Assembly: GCA_003151615.1 (NCBI GenBank) | Contig: PLXZ01000001.1 | Span: 352,124-416,123 of the forward strand | Reading direction: 5' to 3' | Source: Candidatus Tayloriibacteriota bacterium | GTDB lineage: Bacteria; Patescibacteriota; Minisyncoccia; Phycocordibacterales; PALSA-1337 | DNA: 64,000 nt | Shown here: positions 9,674-18,899 of the stretch, in pieces | Position numbering within the stretch: the first letter of the stretch is position 1 | Layout of the letters: each line of letters begins with the position of its first letter | Made by a program: the position numbers and the translations under genes | The notes under the pieces: model-generated | Database searches by the model: none | What the model was told of the DNA's origin: nothing | The model's input: the letters and a program-made list of their open reading frames with translations, nothing else

Positions 9674-10435
9674 TTATTTAATAATGTTTCTTTCTATTAT
9701 ATCTTTATTTATTCGCCGAGCCAAATCTTGGGCTTCCTCATAACTTTTCGGTGTACCGATATCAAGCAAGGGTTCGTCAGTTGAGTTCATGAGATAGACA
9801 TATATCGGGATACCCGCTTCAAGTAGGTAAGGGAATACGTGATGACCAAAATCTAGGGGCGTCTGATTTCTATCAAGATAATCAAATATTGATTTGTTCA
9901 TAATGTATATACCCGCATTCGCATCGTGGGTTGTGATTTGTTCAGGTTTAGGTTTCTCAATAAATTGCAAAATTCGGTGATTCTGGTCAAAACGGATGAT
10001 ACCTTTCATTTCTGGTTTCGGTTCCTTATAGCTTGCAATCGTGACCATAGCGCCATGATTTTTATGTTCAATGAGCAGTTTTGTGTAATTGATGCCGGTG
10101 AGATTATCTCCATATGTAATGAAAAAATGATCCGTGTCTTTAAAAAAATCAATGTTACTGCGAAGTGTTCCGGCGCTTCCTAAAAGTTCTGGCTCAAATG
10201 ATGTTCGTATCAACATATCAGGGTTTTGCATAGAATAATTTTTGACAAAGTCATTAATCTGATCCGCAAAATAATGGGTGTTGATCAAGATTTCATTGAT
10301 TCCATGTTGGCGAAGGCTGTCGAGATGATACTGAAGCAAAGGAATTCCGGCAACAGGCAGCAGAGGTTTCGGGGTTGTGTTAGTAAGAGGACGCAATCGT
10401 GTTCCCAGTCCTGCAGCCAAAATGAGGGCTTTCAT
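9674..10435 (-). CDS. Sugar-phosphate nucleotidyltransferase (HddC-like heptose 1-phosphate guanylyltransferase)
   Basis: 253 aa. N-terminal MKALILAAGLGTRLRPLT, the NTP-transferase signature. Lies beside gmhA/hddA/gmhB. Confidence 0.6.
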   Translation of the reverse strand: MKALILAAGLGTRLRPLTNTTPKPLLPVAGIPLLQYHLDSLRQHGINEILINTHYFADQINDFVKNYSMQNPDMLIRTSFEPELLGSAGTLRSNIDFFKDTDHFFITYGDNLTGINYTKLLIEHKNHGAMVTIASYKEPKPEMKGIIRFDQNHRILQFIEKPKPEQITTHDANAGIYIMNKSIFDYLDRNQTPLDFGHHVFPYLLEAGIPIYVYLMNSTDEPLLDIGTPKSYEEAQDLARRINKDIIERNIIK

Positions 10436-10444
10436 AAATAAATG

Positions 10445-11431
10445 CTATTTTATATTTTTAAAAAATTCGTACGACGAAGACACCATGTCCTTAATGTCAG
10501 TGTGTATAGGTTTCCAATTCAGATTTATCTGGGCGGCAGTTGAATCAGCTACGAGGCTCGATGGGTCTCCTGGTCGGCGGGCTTTGACCGTGAACACCAC
10601 TTTTTTACCTGAAATTTTCTCAGCTGTCTTGATGAGTTCGAATACCGAAAAGCCCTTATTGATACCGAGATTATATTGCTCGACGAGGGTTTTTTGCTCG
10701 AATAGTCTTTTCATTGAAAGCGTGTGTGCAGTTGCCAAGTCAGAAACATGTATGTAGTCGCGGATTCCGCTTCCGTCTGGTGTGGAATAATCATCACCAA
10801 AAACAGTAAATTCTGAACGTTGACCTAGTAGTGTTTGTACGATGCATGGAATCGCATGAGTTTCCGGAGTATGATACTCGCCGAGCTTGGCTTCGTTGTC
10901 ACAGCCAGCCGCACAAAAATAGCGCAATGAAATGGAAGAAATTCCGTATGCTGTGAAATAGTTTTTAAGCATGATTTCGAACAATAGTTTCGTGTAACCG
11001 TAGGGATTTGTGGGATATTTTTGGTGATCCTCTTTTATAGTCGCCGATTGAGGTTCTCCGTAAACAGAAGCTGATGAGGAGAATACGATGTACTTAGTTT
11101 TGTGTGCTCGCATGCATTCGAGCACATTGAGTCCACCGACAACATTGTTTTCGTAGTATTCGAATGGTTTGATGATGGAATCAGGCACGCTAGCAAGCGC
11201 TGCAAAATGCATAACAGCATCAGGTTTGACTGAGGCAAAAATATCCATTAATGCTGATTTGTTACGGATGTCGCTCTGATGATACGAGATGGCTGGATCG
11301 TCGATAATATTTTTTCGTGACTGGCTAAAATTATCAACAACTACGATTTTATAGTCACCTGCCTTTTTAAGAGCATGCACTGCGTGTGCCCCTATATATC
11401 CCGCTCCGCCCGTAACGAGTATTGTCTTCAT
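10445..11431 (-). CDS. galE: UDP-glucose 4-epimerase
   Basis: 328 aa. ILVTGGAGYIGAH Rossmann motif and the length and architecture of GalE. Confidence 0.7.
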   Translation of the reverse strand: MKTILVTGGAGYIGAHAVHALKKAGDYKIVVVDNFSQSRKNIIDDPAISYHQSDIRNKSALMDIFASVKPDAVMHFAALASVPDSIIKPFEYYENNVVGGLNVLECMRAHKTKYIVFSSSASVYGEPQSATIKEDHQKYPTNPYGYTKLLFEIMLKNYFTAYGISSISLRYFCAAGCDNEAKLGEYHTPETHAIPCIVQTLLGQRSEFTVFGDDYSTPDGSGIRDYIHVSDLATAHTLSMKRLFEQKTLVEQYNLGINKGFSVFELIKTAEKISGKKVVFTVKARRPGDPSSLVADSTAAQINLNWKPIHTDIKDMVSSSYEFFKNIK

Positions 11432-11503
11432 AACGTGAGATTACTATAGCAAAGGTGATTGGTCATTACAATTACAATTCTTTCTTGTTTTCAGCGGGAC
11501 GGT

Positions 11504-12484
11504 TCACGATTTTCTGATTATTTTATTTTTAAGGCTGTTCAACTTTACCAAAATGGCCGGCGCAGTCCGGGGTTTCGGCTCGCGTCCCATTTCCTTCACA
11601 AAGCGTTCCCTGAATTCCGGAACATTCCATATTTGAAGCGGTTCGAAATATGCGATGCCTTTTTCGCCCTTTTCATTGAAAAAAGCAAACACGGCATCAA
11701 TATACCAGCCAGTCTCGGCATTTTTTACCGAATCAAGGCCTGTGATCCCGTCGAGCCACGCCGGAGGTATCGGCAGAGTCCGCGCGGATGGAGTGTCGAG
11801 TGTCTGCGAGTATTTGTTGTTGATGCGCCATGGCGAGCCGGTGTCCATGACATATTCGCGGCATCGCTGATATGCCTGTTTTGCCTGAAATCGTTCGAAG
11901 GGGACGAATTGAAAATGGAGAACGCCGCCTTCTTCGAGGGGAATCTTTGTCCACGTCTTCGATCCTGTGATATTTGTATTCGGTCCCGGCGTGCGCCCTT
12001 CATGAAGGAGCGTGTTGTCGAAAGAAATCGCAGAGTCGTCGCAGACAATGAAGTCTTTATATAAATTAGTCCACACAGATTTGTCATTCCGGTATACGCG
12101 CGGGTTTTTCCAGAGGCACAGCCATTGCAGGGCAAGTTTTTCTCCCGGCTTCATCCGCGCGAGCCGTTCGCGGAACGGAATGCCGCCGTTTTTTGTGCCA
12201 AGAAAATTTGTCGTGAAAGCCTCATCTGCGTCAAGCCAGATGAAGTGCGTGCCGCCGTGTTCGCGACCCCATTCAAGCACTTCTTTTCTCCAAGCCGAAA
12301 AATTTATTTTTTGTTCCTTTTGTTGTCTGACTTCAACGCCCATTGATTTCAAATATTCAATCGTGCCGTCCGTCGATCCCGCGTCAAGGCACAGAATTTC
12401 ATCCGCGAATTTTTTGAGCTGGGGAATGGTCGTCTCCAGGATCCATCTCTCGTTTTTTATGGGCATTAAGGCGATTATTTTCAT
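11504..12484 (-). CDS. GT2-family glycosyltransferase
   Basis: The ORF runs to 12562, but the more likely start is the internal MKIIALMPIKNE at 12484. It has the GT2 LDAGSTDGT motif. Confidence 0.5.
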   Translation of the reverse strand: MKIIALMPIKNERWILETTIPQLKKFADEILCLDAGSTDGTIEYLKSMGVEVRQQKEQKINFSAWRKEVLEWGREHGGTHFIWLDADEAFTTNFLGTKNGGIPFRERLARMKPGEKLALQWLCLWKNPRVYRNDKSVWTNLYKDFIVCDDSAISFDNTLLHEGRTPGPNTNITGSKTWTKIPLEEGGVLHFQFVPFERFQAKQAYQRCREYVMDTGSPWRINNKYSQTLDTPSARTLPIPPAWLDGITGLDSVKNAETGWYIDAVFAFFNEKGEKGIAYFEPLQIWNVPEFRERFVKEMGREPKPRTAPAILVKLNSLKNKIIRKS

Positions 12485-12503
12485 GTGTATTCGAAATGGG
12501 GAA

Positions 12504-13424
12504 TTACCATGCGTATATTTTATGGCTCGTGTGGAAATAACGGTAGTCGGGCCTGATGCCAAGGATTATATCCTGAATTTCCTTTGGATGCCGCGGATCG
12601 TGGTAGGTGCAGATGGCGAGACGCGGCTTGAACCGGCGAATCGTTTCCGCCGCGCCGCGTAATGCATCACATTCGGCACCCTCGATGTCCATTTTAATGA
12701 AGTCGATTTTCGGGATTTTTTCGGAGGCGACAACAGTGTCTATTGTTGTTACAGGAACTACAACTCCTTCTCCGGTAGAAACAGGAGAGGAACCGCCTGC
12801 ACTGTCGATCTGAAATTTGAATTCAATCGTGCCTGTTTTGTTTCCGAGGGCTTGCGGCATTGTTTTTATGACTGAAGACATTTTATTGAAGGACGCAGAC
12901 ACGTCGATGATGTCGCGGGCTTCCCGTATCGGCTCGAATGAAAATACTTTTCCGGTTGGTCCGATTTGGATCGCGGCATGGAGGGAAAATACGCCGATGT
13001 TCGCGCCGGCGTCGATGACCCAGTCGCCCTTGCTCAAGTTGGCACCGCCGACTTCGTATGATCCTTCCTCTACGATGACTGGCACGGGGAACATGACTTC
13101 GGTCGGATATATCACGTCATAATACACAGAGAGAAAGCCGAGCATGAACGTTTGCCGATCGTAAAGTTTTTTTGGAATTTTGAGCGAAAAATCACCGCAT
13201 GAAACCAGGATATCATTGTCTGGTTTTTTATTTTCGGGCGTCGGTGAAAAATATTTTTGAAGGTAGAGGTGCGTGCGCGAATAGCGCGTCTCAGCGGATA
13301 CGGTCAAATAGTCGAAAATATATTTCCAAGGATGTTTTCGAGGTTCGATAATAAGTGCCGGAACGATAATGCAGGTACTTGATGCAATCCAGGCGGCGCG
13401 GCGGGCTATTTTTTGTAAATTCAT
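12504..13424 (-). CDS. FkbM-family methyltransferase with an N-terminal TM segment
   Basis: 306 aa. IDAGANIGVFSL motif, with an N-terminal hydrophobic helix. Confidence 0.55.
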   Translation of the reverse strand: MNLQKIARRAAWIASSTCIIVPALIIEPRKHPWKYIFDYLTVSAETRYSRTHLYLQKYFSPTPENKKPDNDILVSCGDFSLKIPKKLYDRQTFMLGFLSVYYDVIYPTEVMFPVPVIVEEGSYEVGGANLSKGDWVIDAGANIGVFSLHAAIQIGPTGKVFSFEPIREARDIIDVSASFNKMSSVIKTMPQALGNKTGTIEFKFQIDSAGGSSPVSTGEGVVVPVTTIDTVVASEKIPKIDFIKMDIEGAECDALRGAAETIRRFKPRLAICTYHDPRHPKEIQDIILGIRPDYRYFHTSHKIYAW

Positions 13425-13451
13425 GTTATTTTCGTGGTTCGTGTTTGGAAA

Positions 13452-14294
13452 TTACAGCGAAAGGATTTTCTTCAATTTTGCCTTGAAACTCGACGGAAGC
13501 GTCCGGCTGAGGATTTTATAGAGTGGATTTTTTGTGAAGACAATTTCGCCACTGCGGTTTTCGAGGGCCTTTACGGTTCTTTCTTCGACGGCGTTTTCTG
13601 AATCATATGCGTTCGTGCTGATTTTATTGGTGATGAACAATGCTGAACCCGATTCGCCGGTGCCATCATTTTCCTGGTGTGCAACACGGAAACCTTTCTG
13701 TTCCAGGAAAGAGCGCAGATTGCCCGATGTCGTAGCCTCGTTATACGTGCGGTCGTCTTCATTTATTTCCAAAAAAAGGGATGAAGTGTTTGCGAGCAGG
13801 GGAATTGCACCTTTTAAGATAGGAAGTTCAAAACCCTGCGCATCAATCCAGAGAAGGTCTATGTGGATATTTTTCAGTTCGGCAATCGAATCGAGTCTCC
13901 TTACTTGGACGTTATGCGTTTTTTCAAGTTTGATGTGCGCATCCTCTTTTATTTTCAAAAGGGAATCGTTTCCGGTGATGTTTGCTTCATATAGAATGGC
14001 GGACCCGTTTTCCTCGCCACAGGCATAATCAAAACATTTTACGCGGGGATTATTGGAATAGCGTTCTTTAAGGTATTTAAAGTTTGTCGGGTTTGGTTCA
14101 AAGGCCCAGATTTTCGAATTCGGCCATTTCAAAAAGGATCGAATTTCATCGCCATGCCATGCGCCGACGAGCAGGACGTTCATGTCATCAGCCGGTTTTT
14201 TTGAAAGCATTGCGGGTAAATTGGCTTCGACGTCCATTTGGAAGAGTTCGTAATTGTAGATTTTTTTGCCTTGGAACGTTCTGGTTTTGTACAT
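13452..14294 (-). CDS. FkbM-family methyltransferase
   Basis: 280 aa. LLVGAWHGDE...AFEPNP, resembling the FkbM methyltransferase domain. Confidence 0.45.
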   Translation of the reverse strand: MYKTRTFQGKKIYNYELFQMDVEANLPAMLSKKPADDMNVLLVGAWHGDEIRSFLKWPNSKIWAFEPNPTNFKYLKERYSNNPRVKCFDYACGEENGSAILYEANITGNDSLLKIKEDAHIKLEKTHNVQVRRLDSIAELKNIHIDLLWIDAQGFELPILKGAIPLLANTSSLFLEINEDDRTYNEATTSGNLRSFLEQKGFRVAHQENDGTGESGSALFITNKISTNAYDSENAVEERTVKALENRSGEIVFTKNPLYKILSRTLPSSFKAKLKKILSL

Positions 14295-14309
14295 GTTTTT
14301 TTATTCGGT

Positions 14310-15275
14310 TTATTTTTTGAAGGCCCGCACGGTTTTCTTTGCGTATGGTTTGAGCAAATTCCATATTTGCCGTGTCATGAAAATTCTCCGGACCGTGTAT
14401 GCGTTCATTCCCTTATTAAACCACATTTTTTTGCGCTCCTCCAAAACTTTTGCATAGTCGGGAACATATTTTGAAACAGGGACCCATTGGCCGAATTCGA
14501 GAACGTTTGGAATATTGTGGGTTATAGCGCTTTTCGGGACAAGGGAGTAATCGATCTTGTCATATATGCCGTAGCGCAGTTCGATGGTGACGCGGTCCAG
14601 CGGCTGTTTTGAATTTGGGTTGGTGCTGAGCCCCTTTCCTTCGTTCAAAAAATAACCGAGCAATTCGGTCACGCATGCGCCTTTTGTATGGAATGCGAGT
14701 CGCACGGCCAAATCAAAATCGCCGCCCTGGATCAACTGTTCGTCGAAATAGCCGGCCTTTTCGCAGAGGGATTTTCTGAACATGAAGAAGGGGCCGACAA
14801 TGAATGAACGCGTCAGTTCCGTTTTTGGATAATGGGAACATTCAATGAGGCGGCCTTCCGTACTTCCGAACACGCGCACAATGCGGAAATTTCCGTAGAC
14901 CAGACCGACTGATGGATCTTTTTCCAGTTCATTGCACTGCAGTTCGATTGAATTGGGCGTGCGGAGGTCGTCGACATTCCAGGTCGTGAGATATTTTCCC
15001 GAAGATTCCTTTATGCATTTATTCCACGATACGTCGAGAGGGACGACTTTTTGGTTGATGAAGTGTTTGATTCGTCCCGGATATTTTTTTTGAAATTCGC
15101 GAACCCAGCCGATTTCCTCCTCGTCCGGTTCATTGTGGTCGAGGACGAGCTCGAGCCGGTCGAAAAATGTCTGCTTCGGCAATTCCTCAAGAAATTTTTG
15201 CAGATATCTTTTCATCCGAAAACATGACGTGATTGTACTGACGAGAATTGGCGGAGATGTTTTCATTTTTTTCAA
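14310..15275 (-). CDS. GT2-family glycosyltransferase
   Basis: 321 aa with N-terminal GT-A-fold features. Sits between the Wzx and FkbM genes. Confidence 0.5.
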   Translation of the reverse strand: MKKMKTSPPILVSTITSCFRMKRYLQKFLEELPKQTFFDRLELVLDHNEPDEEEIGWVREFQKKYPGRIKHFINQKVVPLDVSWNKCIKESSGKYLTTWNVDDLRTPNSIELQCNELEKDPSVGLVYGNFRIVRVFGSTEGRLIECSHYPKTELTRSFIVGPFFMFRKSLCEKAGYFDEQLIQGGDFDLAVRLAFHTKGACVTELLGYFLNEGKGLSTNPNSKQPLDRVTIELRYGIYDKIDYSLVPKSAITHNIPNVLEFGQWVPVSKYVPDYAKVLEERKKMWFNKGMNAYTVRRIFMTRQIWNLLKPYAKKTVRAFKK

Positions 15276-16568
15276 TTATAATATTGATTTGACTACTTTG
15301 TATGCGTGCGCGCGGATTGAACGCGAGGCGAGCATCGAAATCGGAATGATCGAATATGAAATGAGAGTGGCATAGGCCGAGCCCATTATTCCAAAGCGGG
15401 GAATGAAGACAAGGTTAAGTATAACATTCGAGATTGCCCCGGCGAGCGCGCTCATAAAAATGGCAACGCGATGATTTTCGGCGGTCAGGTAATTGGTGGC
15501 CGCCATGCCGATCGAATAGCCGATGCCGGCCCAGACGTATATGCTCAAAATGATCGCGCTTCCGGCGTATTTGCTTCCGTATAAAATCGATATGATGAAG
15601 CCCGAGAGGAAATGGATCGGCAATGCGAACAAAAGCGCAACCGCCGCGATTAGGATGAAAAAGTAAAAGAGCCGGCGCTCGTAACTCCCATTGTTCATGG
15701 TGCGTGCGTTTACGATGGCAGGGAAGAGTGAAGTTATGATGACGCCCGGAACAAAGTACCAGACTTCGGCGATGTTTTCTCCGACCGAATAAATGCCGAC
15801 GGCGGTGGCGTTGAGCATATGTTCAATCATGATTTGGTCGATGCGCGTATAAATGATTGAAAAGGCGGCTGCAATCATAAACGGCCACGAATCGCGCAGA
15901 AGAAGTGTTGCGGTCGAGCGCGTGCTTGTCCAATTTCGAACCGGTGCGTAACGAGAATATGCATATATATAGAAGACCGCATACAAAATCGGCTCAATCA
16001 ATGCCACCGCGGCCAGATAGTAAATGCCCTTATTGAAGAAAACAATGCCGATTTTCAGTATTGAAAGGATGACGACCGTGACGACCTGTACGATCGTTAT
16101 TTTTTTCGACACGACTTTTGCCTGGAAATAAAAATTTAAAGTCTGGAGCGGTGTAAAAACAAATGTTGCGCCAATGATGAGTACGAGAGATGAAATAAAC
16201 CAATTATGGTCGATGGTAAGAGTAGTGATGGCAAGTCCGGCATACGCGACGAGTCCGCCGAAAAATTTCAGCGTTATCGCGGAGCCGAGCAAGTCGGCTT
16301 CTTTTTCCGGATACTTGATCAGTTCGCGATAAATAATCTGATCAATACCGAGGTTCGCCACAAACGAAAAAAGTCCGACGATGCCAATCGCATAGCTCAA
16401 TAGTCCGTAGTTGTTCGGACCGAGATATCGCGCGACGTAGGTCGACACGAAAAAGGCGATGACCAGCGTGAATATCCGGCCGAGAAAAAGCCAGCTCGTA
16501 TTGGAGGCGTATCGCTTGAAACCGTGGGATTGGACGAAGCCCGAAGTCTTTTGTATAAGTTGTTCCAT
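15276..16568 (-). CDS. Polysaccharide flippase (Wzx / MOP superfamily)
   Basis: 430 aa with ~12 predicted TM helices. The N-terminal region is typical of Wzx/PST-family exporters. Confidence 0.6.
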   Translation of the reverse strand: MEQLIQKTSGFVQSHGFKRYASNTSWLFLGRIFTLVIAFFVSTYVARYLGPNNYGLLSYAIGIVGLFSFVANLGIDQIIYRELIKYPEKEADLLGSAITLKFFGGLVAYAGLAITTLTIDHNWFISSLVLIIGATFVFTPLQTLNFYFQAKVVSKKITIVQVVTVVILSILKIGIVFFNKGIYYLAAVALIEPILYAVFYIYAYSRYAPVRNWTSTRSTATLLLRDSWPFMIAAAFSIIYTRIDQIMIEHMLNATAVGIYSVGENIAEVWYFVPGVIITSLFPAIVNARTMNNGSYERRLFYFFILIAAVALLFALPIHFLSGFIISILYGSKYAGSAIILSIYVWAGIGYSIGMAATNYLTAENHRVAIFMSALAGAISNVILNLVFIPRFGIMGSAYATLISYSIIPISMLASRSIRAHAYKVVKSIL

Positions 16569-16608
16569 TTTTCCTGGCGTTTATTTACTATGCTATACTA
16601 TTTTGACC

Positions 16609-18825
16609 ATGAATACCAACACAACCAATAAGGTCTTGCGATACGTTATATATGTTCTTCTCGGTCTGACGCTTTTCGTACCGCTTGCCGTTGCGAATTG
16701 GATGTTTTTTCCTTTCATTACCGGCAAGGCTTTTATTTTCAGGGTTCTCGTTGAGCTGGCTTTTGCCGTGTGGGCCGTTCTTGCCTTGCGCGATCCGAGC
16801 GTTCGACCGAAGAGAACCCCTTTGTTTTGGGGCATAACAATTTTCACAATCGTCGCCTTTATTGTCGATATGACCGGAATGAATCCGATCCGAAGCCTCT
16901 GGTCAAACTTCGAGCGCATGGAAGGTTGGATTACGATCATTCATCTGTGGGCGTACTTCATTGTTTTTTCTTCGGTCGTTCAGACCCGAAAAATATGGCA
17001 TTGGTTTTTCAATATTTCATTCGTCGCGGCGGGCTTCATGGCGTTGCAGGGTGTCTGGCAATTGTACGTTGCGTGGCTGGCCCACCAGACTATGCCGCGT
17101 CTTGATCTTAATCTCGGCAACGCCGAATACCTGGCGGTCTACATGCTTTTCAATGCGTTTTTTGCACTCTATCTCGCGCAGGTGTCGTGGAAAAATGTCG
17201 CGGTCCGCGGCTGGACATGGCTCTATGCGATTCTATCACTTTTGTTTTTGATTATTATCGCCGGCTCTCTGACGCGAGGAACGATGCTTGGCGTCGCGGG
17301 AGGGGCAATCATTGCCGCCTTGGTCTACGGTATTTTTGCGAATAAGCCGGAACAAAGAATCGGTAGGACGATTTCCCTTGGCATCATCGGACTGCTTATT
17401 GTCGGCTCGCTCGGTTTTTATGCCATCCGAAATACCCATTTTGTCCAGAATCACAGCGTTTTGGAGCGTCTTGCTTCCATTTCCGTCAACAACGCTCGTC
17501 TGCAATATATCTGGCCGATTGCGTGGCAAGGCTTCAAGGTAAAGCCGGTTCTCGGCTGGGGCCAGGAAAACTTCAATTATGTTTTCAATACGTATTATGA
17601 TCCGAATGCGTGGGGCCAGGAACAGTGGTTCGATCGCGCGCACAATACCTTTATTGATTGGTCCATTGATGGAGGCATCGTAGGGTTTGCGGCATATGCG
17701 GCGCTCTTCGTTTTGTTGGCGATGGCGATTTGGAAGAAAGACGAAACAGGCGAGTATACATTTAACTTGCGCGAACGCGCCATCTGGAGCGGACTTTTTG
17801 TTGCATACATAATCCACGACATCTTCGTGTTCGACAACCTCGCCAGCTATTTGATGTTCTTCATCACTCTTTCGTTTTTCCAAAACCAGTGGCCGGATAA
17901 AAAAATCGCTATCGCTACGGGAGCAGCTGTGGCGACGAAGAGCGTACCAAAAAAACCGTATGTCATGAATCCGGAAGTCGTCTCATGGGTCATCACTCCG
18001 GTTGTCATTGTTATTGCGGTTTTTCTTCTTTACTTCATCAATTATCGTCCGTACGAACAAAACGTCGATTTGATTGTGAGTCTTGAAAATTGTCAGGGCG
18101 TTGGACAGCAGGGAGCTCCGGCTTTGGATCCGACGCTTTTCACGCAGGCAATCGACGTCGGTTCATATATTGGCAAGCAGGAAACGCGCGAACAGATTTA
18201 CACCTGCGCCGAGCAAGTCATCGGTTCGCAAAGCACTTCCAATCAGGACAAGTTAAATTATTACGAGCTGACATCAACCGAGGCCGCCGCGCAGGCCCAG
18301 TCGACCCCGAACGATCTCCGCGGCTTCCTTTTTGCCGGTTCGTTCTTTAACGATCTTGGCCAGTGGAGCCAGGCTCTTCCGTATTTGCAGCGCGCGTATC
18401 AATTATCACCAGTCAAGCAGAGCATTCTTTTTGCCCTCGGACAGAATTACATAACCGGTGCGACGTCAGCGGCAAGTTCAACCGAGGGTCTCGCGCTTTT
18501 GAAAAAAGCATATGACGAAGCTCCGGCATATACGCAGGCCCAGACGACGTACGCCGAAGGTTTGTTTGTCACCAGAAATTATATGCAGGCAGCGTCCATT
18601 TATGAGCAAATTGTTGCGGTGACGCCGACTGATTTGCAGAGCCGACTCGGTCTGGCGGCATCCGACGTCTATGACGGAAATAAAGCCGACGCGATCGCGC
18701 AGTTGGAGTATGTCGCTTCGAGTTCAGTGAATGAAGCCGGTCCGGCGCAAACATATATCACTGCGATTAAAGCCGGCAAGAATCCGTTCGCTCCTGCAGC
18801 GACATCGAGCGCGCCGGCGGCGTAG
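16609..18825 (+). CDS. Wzy / O-antigen-ligase-like polytopic membrane protein with a C-terminal TPR-repeat domain
   Basis: The ORF opens at 16459, but the MNTNTTNKVL start at 16609 avoids overlap with wzx. There are ~12 TM helices followed by a soluble ~300-aa region with TPR-like repeats (LQRAYQLSP..., LLKKAYDEAP...). Confidence 0.45.
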   Translation: MNTNTTNKVLRYVIYVLLGLTLFVPLAVANWMFFPFITGKAFIFRVLVELAFAVWAVLALRDPSVRPKRTPLFWGITIFTIVAFIVDMTGMNPIRSLWSNFERMEGWITIIHLWAYFIVFSSVVQTRKIWHWFFNISFVAAGFMALQGVWQLYVAWLAHQTMPRLDLNLGNAEYLAVYMLFNAFFALYLAQVSWKNVAVRGWTWLYAILSLLFLIIIAGSLTRGTMLGVAGGAIIAALVYGIFANKPEQRIGRTISLGIIGLLIVGSLGFYAIRNTHFVQNHSVLERLASISVNNARLQYIWPIAWQGFKVKPVLGWGQENFNYVFNTYYDPNAWGQEQWFDRAHNTFIDWSIDGGIVGFAAYAALFVLLAMAIWKKDETGEYTFNLRERAIWSGLFVAYIIHDIFVFDNLASYLMFFITLSFFQNQWPDKKIAIATGAAVATKSVPKKPYVMNPEVVSWVITPVVIVIAVFLLYFINYRPYEQNVDLIVSLENCQGVGQQGAPALDPTLFTQAIDVGSYIGKQETREQIYTCAEQVIGSQSTSNQDKLNYYELTSTEAAAQAQSTPNDLRGFLFAGSFFNDLGQWSQALPYLQRAYQLSPVKQSILFALGQNYITGATSAASSTEGLALLKKAYDEAPAYTQAQTTYAEGLFVTRNYMQAASIYEQIVAVTPTDLQSRLGLAASDVYDGNKADAIAQLEYVASSSVNEAGPAQTYITAIKAGKNPFAPAATSSAPAA

Positions 18826-18899
18826 CTTGCGCGGCGTAAGGGTAAAAGATCAGAGTTATCAACACGCATAAATAGTAGAGTGACAAAATTCGCGGTACA

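Noticed and set aside
11459-12064. 201-aa plus-strand ORF
   Set aside because: It is entirely embedded antisense within the GT2 gene 11504-12484/12562, which has clear GT2 motifs. Spurious.
16459-16608. Upstream extension of the Wzy-like ORF
   Set aside because: It would overlap the divergent wzx gene by 110 nt. The internal MNTNTT start at 16609 precedes the first TM helix and leaves a 40-bp promoter region.
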